Source of the DNA: Peribolospora baueri
Lineage: Eukaryota
NCBI GenBank assembly: GCA_029717555.1
Contig: JAMDHS010000052.1
Span: 1 to 64,000 of the forward strand
Length of the DNA: 64,000 nucleotides
Direction: 5' to 3'
The notes beneath the pieces were generated by a model that was not told the origin of the DNA, made no database searches, and saw only the letters and a list, made by a program, of their open reading frames with translations. Shown in pieces: positions 24,501 to 36,763 of this stretch (positions within the stretch are counted from its first letter, which is position 1; each line of letters opens with the position of its first letter). Both the position numbers and the translations under genes were made by a program.

Positions 24501-27000
24501 ACTCTTGGACGCAATCTGAGAGGCGAAACAGATCAGCCACTCCTCATCACAGACAAGAAACGACCACTGGCACTCACCGGCGAGTTAAACTGAAGATAAG
24601 CAAAGCGGCGCGAGTTCTTGAACTTCTTGCTAGGCCACCGCGTGTCGAAGATAACGCCATACTGAAAGCCAAGGACGAAATGAGCGCTGAAAAATGCCTC
24701 CAGCACTACGTTAATTCTCCCTTACCTTTTCGAACCTTAGCCGAAGCTCCTTATCGTCCCAGTCTTCAGGGAAGTTGGTGATAAACAGCGTGCTATCCGA
24801 GCCACGGTGAACCTCAATCTGAGACCCGTTAACGACCTTTTTGTCCTTGGTAAGGGCCGCGGCAACGTCTTCACGGTTACAAAGCTCGACAGTGGCCACC
24901 GGTTGGTCCTCCTGGTCATGAACCTTGATCTCGCGAATGTCCCCGCACTGAACAAGAAATAGACATAAGATGAGCGTCGATGTAATCACGGCTTCAAAAA
25001 AATGTAGGAAACCCTTACATCTCGAAACAGCTTCTTGAGCTCCTCTTCCTTCGTCCCTTTAGGTAAGCCGGCAACGAAGACTGTTGAATGCTCTCGATCG
25101 CGTTCGGGAACTTTGGCGTCTGTTTCACAAAGTGTGCGCACATCAGGGGACGAGCAGCGAGAAGACAAGAACATGGGATTATTAGAGAAGAACGTACCCG
25201 TCTTTGCACGCTTGTGACTAGCATCTCCAGCTCCATCATCGACAGCGCTGACCTCATCACTTCCGTCATTTCCAGCCTTGCGCTTCTGGCCCTTCGCCTC
25301 GCCTCTAGTGTCTTGGTCGTCCTGAGCATCCTGGCCAACATATTGGCTGGCATAAGCTGCTTGAGCGTCCATAGCCTCTCGCATCTCCTTTTCACGACGG
25401 GCCTGCACTTTGAGGCTCTCCCTGGAGATCTTGTTCTCCGCCTTTTGATACTCCTGAAGAGAGCCGAAGTGATGCTCAAACTGAAGCCATGCGGAGAAAA
25501 TGCTTTCGGGCCAGTCGATTCTGGGCTTTCCAGACGCAATCTCGTACGAAGAGCGAGCCTTCTTGATGTTCAGCCGATTGGCCTCAAATTCGGCACGGCG
25601 GATCCAAGCCTCGGCAAGATACTCGCCCGGTCCGCCTTTTTGTACGACCATGTCCCAAACCAATGATGCATCGTCGAGGTACTGATACCTTGATAGCTTT
25701 GCATAAATAAAAAGGAAAGATTGCTGGAAGATGAGATTGTGCTGACAACCAGAATACCTCCCGAGTCCTTGCTTTCTGTGCCCCCTGGCTCACCCAGCTG
25801 ATAAGGTACCGTTCGAGCCTGTATTGCGGATCACCATGGGGAGCGAATGCTGAGGTAAAGATGTTAAATAAGCGGAGAAGAACACTTTCAGCTTGAATTC
25901 CGCAGCAACTCACTTGTTTTGATCAAGTTGATGCTCTGGCGGAGCATGTCGCCGATTGTTTGGATAGCCTCTTGCGACGGTTCTCCTTCAGGCACTCCTG
26001 CAGTCCGGCGATAGTAGTCAACCCTCGCCTCGAGCACAGCGACAAAGTCGTCCACGTTTTTCTGAATTTGTCCCGCGTTGATGGCTTCTTGGAAAAGTTC
26101 TGCATGAGAAGACCTCCGACACTGAGCTCTTGCCGCTACCGACACGTAAAAGTAGCTCTTGTACCTGTAATCAATTCTCGTACCTTCAATCTCCGCGCTC
26201 TCCGCCACCGGGTCGTCCTGTTTAGCAGCAATGAAGTTCAGTATGGCCAATGTAGGCGCACACCAAGAAAGGGAAATGCTCACCGAGTTCTTGTCGCTAA
26301 GCTCGACTAAGCGCATACGGGAAGCCCAAATCTTACCGAGATGGGGCACCGCCTTCGTCGCACGGTCTATCACCTCCATCAACAGCGCGTCTTGGTTGCC
26401 CTGTTGCATCTATGGAACAAGCGATTTCGCCAAGACGGACCAAGCCTTGAACATAGCCGCACTCTAACCCCTCCCAGTCGAAACAGACTCACTAGGAAAT
26501 TGACATATCCCTCCCAAGCGCCGTCGCGCGCCATTCGCTCTTCGGAGCTGTCAGGAGATGGCCCCAACGCATAAAGCATGCGCTCGTAGAGGCAGCACAC
26601 TAGGTCGACGTCTGGATTGCGGGGCTGTTGCTCCCAACGTATGTACGACAGAAACCCGCGGTCGGGGCTGGCTTGCGCTTGTGGAGAAGCCTTCAAGGTA
26701 AGAGGATCAATGTGAGCATTGCAACTGATAACTCGTTTCCGTCCAGGGCCTTCTCACCAAACTGTCTTCCCACGCTTCCCTCTCGCTCCATTTTTGCTTT
26801 CCAACTGCGTACAGCTTGTTGGTCCGAACCATTTCCGTCTCATATTCCGAGGGAGGTAGGTTCTGCGAGACAAAGGTGGAGTAGGACTGAAAGGTTGCTT
26901 CATGCGTAGCATGAGGTACCTGAAGGCGGTCACCATAAAGCTTGCGCAGACGGAAGATCGCTTCGTCGCGCTCAGACCTGTGCGTTCTCCTCGGAAGAAA
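18570..27000. repeat. Segmental duplication, copy B
   Basis: Colinear with 3430-10042. Confidence 0.9.
18789..21486 (-). CDS. Multi-exon 7-TM/GPCR-like membrane protein (DUF6533-like), copy B
   Basis: MSSGHPSS...LAPRVDWNDPK start, homologous TM exons, C-terminus RHPFAG* matching GHPFAH* of copy A. Confidence 0.7.
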
Positions 27001-27304
27001 GAGAAGATCAGACAGCCGTCTTGGAAATGCTCAACTTCTCACAAACTCACCCTGATTTGCTCTCCAGAAGGCCAACCTCCCAGTCTTTCCACTTGTCCCA
27101 GACGTCTTGGTTCTTTGCCAAATGTCGCGTCCGAGAGTAGACCCGCTCGAAAATCGAGCGCACGTCTTCCTCTGAGAGGGGCTCCTCGAAGTGAAACCCT
27201 TGTCCGATTACGGAAGAGATTGAAGGATCATCGGCCAGATCGCTCAATAGCTCAACAAACTTGTCATCCACAGAGAGGTTTGCCTCCTTGTTGTCGACCT
27301 CCAT
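23433..27304 (-). CDS. PRP24: Prp24/SART3-like U4/U6 recycling factor (HAT repeats + RRMs)
   Basis: HAT-like repeats (YIRWEQ, LYERML, IDWPESIFSAWLQFEHHFG), RRMs (STVFVAGLP, STLFITNFP, ELFVQGLS, KGFAWVDF), RG-rich tail, canonical introns. Confidence 0.85.
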
Positions 27305-27665
27305 CCTGATTTGTGATGGATACTTGGGGTAGATGATGCAGGCGGCGAGCAAAGCGGCCGTTGGATGACCTGTGCGCGGGGATTCGACCATCGCTGCTGC
27401 GGCATACAACGCGTCCGCACGCGAATTTAACTTCACCATAGGCTGCAACATTGAAACGCGAATGGATTGCTATTGCTATTTAGTTACAAATGCGGCCATG
27501 CGAGGAATGCGACGATGTGAGATTGTTCGTGGTAGGGATAAGATGAAATAGAAATGAAATCGAATGTAAGAGTACCGGGGGACCGAGTCGAGGGGGACGT
27601 GCGCGGTAGGAACATGGCTGCTTGATAAAAACACAGTATACGATGAAGGAACTCTTGATCAAGAT

Positions 27666-30600
27666 TCATTCGGACTTCTCCTGCTGCTCACGCCTCGACG
27701 CCTTGTCCTGCTCTAGCTTTCGAGCCTCCTTGGCTGCAGCACGTTGAGCCTCCTCCTTAAGGCGAACTTTTTGCCAGTCTTCGGAGAGCGTGGCGATGAC
27801 CCTTTTCCAGTACTCTCGCTTGTTCCGCACCTCCGCCTTCTGCCAAGCGTCATCGGCGTCACGTTCCTTGTCCTAAAGTTTATGTATGACGAGGAACGAG
27901 ATCTCGAAATTAGCCCTTGTTGTCGACTGATGACTAATGAATGGCTACGTACCCGAATGAGGCGGAGGAAACGGTCCGGGTCTGAAAAGAAGCGGTCCAC
28001 ATAGTGCAAGAGATAGACGCCGCAATCCACAGCGTTGTCTTGCTTCGGAACCTGCAGCAGGCGGCAAGGGGACGTGACGGTGTCAACAATGAATTCCGCA
28101 ACCGAGCCACACAAACTGAATACTTACAGTAGCATCACTCCGCCTCGCGTCGCGGAGTAGACGCCTGTCCGCCCCCTTCTTGTCTTCCGCTTCCAACCGA
28201 AGATATTCCGTGAGCTTGCGAGCGGCAGCTGGATGAGTGGCATCTAGGGAGTCGAAGATGATCACTTCCGTCCTGTAGGACAGTAAGAAAGATCAGCTCT
28301 TCGTTCTGCACTGCCGCCCACCGACACTGCGGGAGGACTCACCTCTCGTCCCGCGGCTCTGACGGCGCGGCAGGCTGGTCGCTCTCTTTGTTCTCGCCAG
28401 GAGGTGGCGGCGTGATAGGCCGTTCCTTGGGTGGAGGCGCGATAGGGACCGGAGTTCTGCGCATGGCTTTCATTGGAGGAGAAGGCTGCTCACGATCCGC
28501 GCAAGCGTCACTCCCTTCCTCTCGGTCCTCGTCCAGTGTCATCCGAGATAGTTTTTGAACCGGAGAGCTTGGCACCTCGACACCATTTGTGGGGCCATCT
28601 TCGTCCTTCTCGATCGAATCCGAAACCCGCACACGCTTAATGGGCTGAGGCGAGGACGGAGAGGGTGGTACTGCACGTTTCGTGGCAGAACGCTGTTCTG
28701 CAGCTTCCGGCGGGAGAGCGTCTTGAAGCTTAGCAAAGCTGTCCACAGTTTCCGGGCCTTGAGGTGTTGTTTCCTTTTCGTCGGCATTCTCCCCATTACC
28801 ATCCAAGTCCTTGCTGTCCTTCTGAATTTCTTCATTAGGTGTAGGCGTGGCCAGCGAGGACAGTCTCCTGCCTGTGGATTGGACATCGTCCTGCAAGGCA
28901 GAGTGTCGCCGAGCAGCCATACGAGGGCGAGGGCTCGTCTTTGTAAGAATGAGCTCTGTTGAAGGCGGATCAAATATGCGGCCCGGATTGACGATGATGG
29001 CCAGGTACCAGTGGACGCTGATGTGAGAGAGGGATGCGGGAGGGTTAGTAACTTGAACAGGCTTGTATTTGTCCAGCAGACCGCGCTCACTATTCATTGA
29101 TGGGCACAACGATAAACTTCTTCCGGAAGATATCGACCTTGCTGGTCCATTTCTTCACGCCCTCGTACCCATCCTTCCTGCAGTAGTGCGGACAGCTCAT
29201 CAGCGGCAGAAATAGAATTCCTCTTCTTCTGACGAAAACTTACAAGTTTCGCTTCTCGGTAAGCTTGTTGTAGAAGAAGGAGTTGAACATGTAAACCTGG
29301 TCCGACTGTTCTGGATGACGTCTTTTGAATTGCTCGAGGATATGTCTGCGACGAGCGAATGGTCTCAGCTGTCAATCAGTACAAGCGAGGGGTGCAAACG
29401 GAGCATTCACCTTAGGCCGAACTCAATGATGGTATCATTTAGGTATTCGTCTTCCTCGAGCCGGTCGATGTCCGACAGATTGACGCTCACGGAACCAGGA
29501 CCGCCGCCAATCGGATACACCAGCTTACTGGAAGAAAAGGAGGCAGTCAACGATCTCCGATAAAAAAGGTGTTTGAAGAGCGCAGTCGGAGAACGCTCCG
29601 ACACCCACAGTTTATCGGGGCCAGATCGCTTCGGCCGAGGTGGTGACGGCTGAGAAGCAGTTCCAGATCGCTTAGTCAATTGTGCCCCAAGCCTGCGGAA
29701 TGAAAGCCCAGGTGTCAGAACGTCTGAAAAGCCTCACGATTCTGAAAGTGAAAGGTCATTGCTCACCCAGATAATCTAGAGGACCTCCTTCTGGCTCCTT
29801 CCTCTCCTCGAACGGCAGCAGTAAGCTTGGGTCTCGGCCTTTCCATGCTCTCCCCGACGACGGCTGGTTCCTCCACGGGAGTTGACCTATGCACCAGTCC
29901 ACACTTGGACCGCATGCTATAAACGACATCTTGAACAACCGGACGACTGAAGACATCTCGTAGAGCCCATCAGCGCATACATCCTCCCATGCATAATCGA
30001 CAAGCCGAGGCACTCACTTTATACGGACAAAGGCGATCTCGAGACGTTCACACCCGGAGTGAACGACATCGACAAAATTCCGATAAACCCTCCTCGCTTC
30101 CGGTTGGTCATTATGCAACCGGAAGGTGAAGCCAATTACGTAAGGGCTGTTCCACTTTCGCTTTAACCTTTCGGTGTCACCAAGCATATCTTCCCGCAGC
30201 TTGGCAAGCCGATACAACGTTTCTGTTCTTGGCTTGATGGCCACCTCGAAATATGGACAATCCTCTTTGCCCAACTGGTCAGTGTCACGACAAATAGAGA
30301 GCAACGAACCGAGTCAGTCACGGGACGAAACGATGATCACGATCCCAGGAAATGTCAACTTACCTGCACTTTGTCGATATCTTGAAGGTCGATAGTGGAC
30401 AGACTCTCAGGGGTAGGTTGTCGATCAGGTGAGGACCTCATAATTTCTATGCTCCTGGCGTTCCACTCGAGGGAAAAAGGTCCGCCGTCGTCGGATTGGA
30501 CAGAACAGTCTCCGATGAAGATATCTTGAAGGGAAAGACCCGCCTTGTGCTTGTAGTTTGTAGCTGTGATGTTATCTTCGGTGCCATTGAGACCGTTACC

Positions 30601-31900
30601 TTGTGACGACATTCCCTATAAGCACGACCCAGAGAATTGAGGGATGCATTAGCATGAGTACATTCGTTCTATAGCCAGCTAGAGTGCACTCACATTACGA
30701 TCCTTCATCTCGGAGACCTTTGTCGTTCGCGATTGGTGATTGGAATAGAAGCTCGGGGTTGCAACCGCCCCGTCCCGTTCCGGACGAGCGGAGCCTTGCT
30801 GTGCCGCCACATTCACCTCGCTGGTACTCGCTTCTTGCGCCCGGGTCGCGGAGGATCCGTCCGAGGCGTGACCAGACAAGGGCGAGGGGAGAACGTCCAG
30901 CTCGTCTACGTCCGAACCAGGCTCGAGAGGAATATCGTCTACGTCACGGGCCTTCGCTTTGCCCTTGGCGTCAGACATGCGGGGCCGCACCTGCGACTTA
31001 GGTGACCTCGATGGTGAGCTGTGGAGTTCAGGAACGTTACCGATCTCCTCTTCCCCATCCGACATCGTCAAATCCACCGCTATCGCCGCACCCTTTGACC
31101 GAGTGCTCAGCTGAGACGCGGCCGGAGCCGTCGGCGAATTTAGGGCTGCTTCCCAAGTCCTCCTCCCGGCTTGTTTGCCATAGACCACGGTCGCGGTCGC
31201 ATTTCGGTGGTTCGGTTTATGCCTCATCGCCTCAGTCTCCCAGGTGGAACCATTACTGCTGACACGTGAACGATCCGCGGAGCCGTCATCGCTGTCCTCT
31301 ACGTCTTCAAAGCGTTTGATCGGCGAGCTGGAGAACTTGGATGACCGCATTGTCCTCCGCTCTCCCTGAGGCTGCAATGGCGATTTTGAAGACCCTGCCA
31401 GGATTGGGGAGGGAGACGAGCGAGGCGCCAGCTGAAAGGTCCTTCCCTGCTTCGAATTGCCGTCCGTGTCTTCGAAGCCATTTCATATCAGTTATAATCA
31501 CCACTGGTGAGATGTCCCGGATGACCTCGACTCCAGCAGACGCAACTCACTGTACATTAAGGATGGAGGCTTGCTGGACGTTTTCGACAACCCTCGCGTT
31601 CCAATTTCTATCGCATCAAAGGAGCGGTTCGCTCCCGGCTCATATGGGCTTTGAAAAGAACGCTTCGATACGCCCTGTCATGGAGATCGTGGCGCCAATG
31701 CAAAGCCGATAGGGACGACGGCAAGGATGGAAAAAAAAAATTAGAGTTGCCAGCGTCAAACGTGGAACAAATGACATTATCAGGCCAGGATACTGACCTC
31801 CTGGGGGACGGGTATACGTATTGGAGACCGCCTGTGGAATATAGTACGGTTGATCAGCATGTGCGCGAGAATACCAAAACGGAGCTTCCGTGACGAACGC
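27666..31900 (-). CDS. Ulp1-family SUMO protease (Ulp2/SENP6-7-like), multi-exon
   Basis: YLNDTIIEFGL, FNSFFY, VKKWTSKVDIF, VPINE-VHWYLAII, IFDSL and PKQDNAVDCGVY (His/Asp/Cys triad plus Gln). Start position uncertain. Confidence 0.9.
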
Positions 31901-32487
31901 ACCGACGCTTTGGCTTCCCTTCGTCGCCTTCATCTCGGACATTCCTCCGAAGCCCAAACATGGGGACACGAGAAGGCCGCACTGAGCCGCCCAGGCCTTT
32001 GTCCGACATTCTGCGCCAGCGGGAAGAGGGCGACGAGGCCACGAGAGGGGTTCCTATGATGCGCGGCTACAAGGAGGATGAATTGGTGGAGATCGCTGAA
32101 CGAAGTCGTCGCCGCAGTAAACCGCGTCGCGCAAATCACCGACGCGAACGTCAATTTTTCGAAGTTGCTCCTCCCGCTCCTCCTTCTCGCACCCTGGTCG
32201 CAGCCGGCGACGGGTAAAACGGTGCCAGCCACGTCATCGAACTCCATTCCCTAGAGCCAAAAGGATCACCTAGCATACAGAGTCAGTCGCCTAAAGAAGA
32301 ACAGGCGTTCGACGCGGTCACAATGGTCAAAGGATATTATAGTAAGGACCGAAAGAACCGAGGATAAAAGAGACGGAGAGAGAGGAAGAAATCGAGAAAT
32401 GACTGGCAGACGTGGATGAAGAATGGCGGGCGGTCACGGAGATGGAGCGCACCTCCTTGCCAGGCCGGCAGCGAAGAAGGCTTACGC

Positions 32488-35446
32488 TCAAGCAGTGTCG
32501 GCGTACTTGGCCTGCCACATCTGCTGCTCCACCCACTCCTTCAGCTGCGCGTCGCTCATCTTCGCCGTCTCCCCGTCGTCCCTAGCCACGCCCTCCTCGT
32601 TCGCCTTCCTGATAACCGCGCAGGCAATGTCTCGAGACACCTCGCGCACGCGCGTCAGTTCCGGATATACTCTTCCCTCCGCGCGCTCGGCCTCGTTCAA
32701 CGAGTCAGCCAAAGCGAGGGCCGCGGTGGTGATCATCGAGTCGGTCACGCGCGACGTCTTGCACAGACCGCCTCCCAAGCCGATGCCCGGGAAAACGTAC
32801 TGGTGGTTTAAAACGAATGAAATGCGCCAAAGCGAGTCAATGTCGCCCTCATTTCGTCTACTTTATCCTGACGCCACCCTACTGACCATGTTGTTGCCCT
32901 GACCGGGAATATACTTCTTGCCCTTGTACTCCAATGGGGCGAAAGGTGACCCAGCCGCAAAGACGGCCTGACCGTCGGTCCATTCGACCGCCTGCTCGAA
33001 GGTGCATTCGCTGAGAGCACTCGGGTTGGAGAGGGGGAAGATGATTGGTCGCTTGTTGATCTTGGCCATCGTCTTGATCACTTCCTCGCCGAAAGCGCCC
33101 GCGCTCGTCGAGAGGCCGAGGAGAGCAGTGGGCTTGCAGTACTCGATGATGTCGGACAGCACTTTGAACTGCTTGCCTTCATTGTCGTCCCGAGCGAAGA
33201 ACTGTTTGTGAGCCGGGAGTTTGTCCCCGCGGTCCTTGGTGATCAGGCCCTGCAGAGCCGAGGCGAAAAGAGTAGGGAAAACATTTTAGCTGAGACTGGG
33301 GGAGAGGTACCCGTCACAGGTGATACGACCGCATCTTACCTTGGTGTCGACCAGCCAGAACCTCTTCTTAGCCTCCTCTTCACTCATGCCGAGTTTGGTG
33401 AAAAAATCGAGGAGCTGCTTAGCGACGCCCACGCCGGCGGAGCCAGCACCGTAGAAGAGAATTCGCTGGTCCCTCAGATCCGTGCCGGCGGCTTCGCTAG
33501 CGATGCGCGCAGCGTTAGTGAAGCCGCCGAGGATAACGGAACCAGTGCCCTGGATGTCATCGTTGAACCTGGGACGAGAAGACATGATCTGTTCAGAATC
33601 GCTTGGGAAAGAGGGCAAGTAGCACTTGGCGCACTCACATCGGGTACTTGTCCTTGTAGCGGTCCAAGAAGAGGAAGGCTCGCTCGGTAGAAAAGTCCTG
33701 TGGATACCGTTTGTAAAGCCAATGATGAGCGGGAAAGTGTTCGCAAAAGCGGTAGGAGATCATACGCTCTCACCTCGAATTGAACGATCAGATTCGGGAA
33801 CTTGTGAAGCGCCTCCATGACCTCGTCCATGAAAGGGATGTAGACGTTATCGTCCGGCCGCTTCTGACGCAAGCCAAGGTAGAGCGGGTCTTCCAAGTTG
33901 CTCTCGTTGTTCGTGCCGAGGTCGACGACGATGGGAATAGTGCTCGCAGGGTGTATACCGGCAGCGGCGATGTACAGGGACAACTTGCCGATGGAGATGC
34001 CTACACGAGAAAAAAAGGGGTTTCGTGACGATTTTAGTACGGCGACAGGGGAAGAGTGGCGAGGGGACAGAGTGTGCTCACCCAGTCCATTCCAACCCAG
34101 GTCGCCTTCAGTTTTCGAAACCGACAAAGGGACAGACAAGCAAGAACATTAGCTCATTGGGACGTGCCGACGCGCCCCCGGACTGACATACTGACCGAGC
34201 CCGAGAATCCTGCTTCCGTCAGTGATGACCGCGATCCTCGGTTGCTCCACATTCTCAATGGGCCAGTTAGCAACGACCTCTGCGATATTGCCCCTGTCCT
34301 CGAGGGAGATGGACAGGCCTTCGGGACGACGGTAAATGTTGCTGAAGTTTACGCATGCGTCTCCGACCGTAGGCGTGTATACCAGAGGGACGATTTCCTA
34401 GAATTGAAAAGTGGGGCGAGAGCCGAGTCAGAGTTATAGCAATAGAGTATTTTCAAGCCTGGATAGACGACGACGACTGACCATCAAGTTGTCGACCAAG
34501 AGCCTGAGATGCAGGAAACATGGAACAACCTGCGTCAGCGGCCGCGGAGGTCAGGTGTGGAGGCACGACGGCGGGTCTCTTGCCAGCGTAAAGGGGACGG
34601 CCAGGGACGCACCTGTAAAACAGCTTCACGTTGGACTGCCTGAGGGCCGAGAGGTAGATGTACTTTTCAAGACTGCTCGTCTTAAGGCGAAGCTGCTTGA
34701 GGGCGCGCATGGACTGTATCTCGATGGACTGCGGAACGAGGGGGACATGGTTAGGCTGCTGATCGTGTCGAGGTCGTGTGACACGATGGCGTCAAGCTCA
34801 CCTCGTGAGCCGGGGGAACGAGCCCCCGTACACCGAGCTCATTTCTCTTGGCCGGAGAGTAGGCAGTGTCTGGGCGGCCAGAAAGCGGGTCGCGAGTGAG
34901 ACAGTGAAAAAAGCGCTACCACGTAGGCGAGCCGTCGACATGCCCTCAGGTGCAGGAAGACGTGGAGATGGGGAAACGCTCACCTTCGTTGGAGAAGACG
35001 TCGCGGAGGTACTTCAGAGCGCTGTGCAGGGTCTCGCCAGCGCCATCTGCGATGCTCGTAGCCTTGTCGAGCACAGAGTTGGACGTGCCGTTCTGGCCGT
35101 TCGCATGCGTCCATGCAGACTGGGAGAGCTCGGGGTCGTCGGCGGGCCGGATCTGAGGTGCGTGGTGGCCGTCGTGAGACACGGCCCGAGGGTTGGGAGG
35201 GAGAGTGTCGACCATGTTGTCGGTATCGGTGCTAGAAGAAGACTTTGTGGTGGAACGGCTCGAGTGGACTGGACGTGCGAGGACGGTGAGGACGAGAGGG
35301 CGAGGGACGAGGGAGGGGGAATCGAGCCCGGAAGTGGCGGAGGCGAGTGGGAAGGGTCGGAAGGTGAGAGCGGGAAGGCGGCGGAAGAGGGGAGATGAGG
35401 GCCTATTTATACCGTTCCAGCCGAACCAGCGAGAGTGAGAGCGCAT
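32488..35446 (-). CDS. NAD(P)-dependent malic enzyme, multi-exon
   Basis: VYTPTVGDAC, TDGSRILGLGDLG, GKLSLYIAAAGI, FNDDIQGTG, GAGSAGVGVA, FPLSNP and GQGNNM-YVFPGIG; alternative ATG at 35216. Confidence 0.95.
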
Positions 35447-36069
35447 GGGAGCAAGGATGTGGTTGTGGCTGAGAGCGGGTCGAGGAAAAGGGTTAACCCA
35501 CCGTTCCCTCGTTCGTCCTCCCTACATCTTTCCGGGACGGTCGTCCACTCCTCCTTTTTTCATCTGCTTTCCTTGCTCGGCCTGCGTGGCCTGACTCGAG
35601 AGACAACTTGCCGGCTCAGCTGAACCCGCCGCCACCGTCGTTCCGCCTTCATCTTCTTTTGTCGACGGTCCGCTTTGACAGCTTCGCCCGCATTACTGCC
35701 GTGCCGACTTATTATTACTCGCCCCCATGCCCCGGACTCGACAGGCCAAGAAGATCGGTCGGTCGACTGCGGCTGCATGACTGCAACGCCACGGCGGCCG
35801 GAGTGAGCACCCAGCTTGGAAGAGACGACAACAACGACGACGACGACGACGATGTCGTAGGCCTTAAGACCTCCTCCCTCTTTCCCATTCCTCTTCCTCC
35901 ATTCCTCTCCTCTACTCGACATCCAAGTCGAAAATTTTTGAGTGTAAGCCTCCCAACGCCCACCGGCATCCGCTCGGGCTGACCCGGAAGACGTCACACG
36001 ATTCTTCCCGACGTCAGTGAAATTCGCCGTCAGCTTCTTTTCGATCGATCACCTCGCGGCGCGGGAGCG

Positions 36070-36075
<6 letters not shown>

Positions 36076-36105
<30 letters not shown>
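36076..36105. repeat. (GA)n microsatellite
   Basis: About 15 consecutive GA units. Confidence 0.95.
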
Positions 36106-36107
<2 letters not shown>

Positions 36108-36763
36108 CCGCTCAACCTCGCTTTCACACTGTATGTCCTGCCTGACGTCGTGGCCCGCCCGTCATTTGCGCGTGCAGGCAGCTCTTGCCTAGCGCGCGGC
36201 TGACCAGAACGGCAGAAAGAGCCTCACCGGTCACCCCCCCCGGACCCTCAGTGGGGCCCCTGCTTTCACAAGAGAACCACGTCTACTCATTCGGGCGAGC
36301 CGGGCTGCGCTTAAATATGGAAAGGACTCCGGCGGCCTTTGCCATTTTAGGCGAGACATCGTGGATCATCTGGATCTTTTTTCTCTAAACTTTCAGCAGC
36401 ATGCTCGATCCTTCTCCGTCGTCGCCAGCTCGGTTGGCTAATTTTCAGGAGCATGCTCGATCCTTCCCCGTCGTCGCCAGCTCGGTCGGTTGGATACCGG
36501 GGCACGCTCGAGCACGCTCGAACGACAGGAGCATGATAACCGTCGCATTACCGTCCCACTCGGCCACTTTAGCGCACACATGCGCATATCGGACTGACAC
36601 CGTTGGCAACCGTAGCTGACCCAGGTCGAAGCGATGGACGCCGTACGGAATACCGTTTAGGCAGAGCGAAGCGTCTTCTTGCAGTCGTGCGGCCACTTCA
36701 AGACGGGAGATTAAGACAGGACATGAAAGAAATCAACTGAGAACTGAAAAAGATGGACAAAAT

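Noticed and set aside
35985..36150. GACGTC(A) CRE-like motifs upstream of malic enzyme
   Set aside because: Short GC-rich words expected by chance; no supporting evidence.
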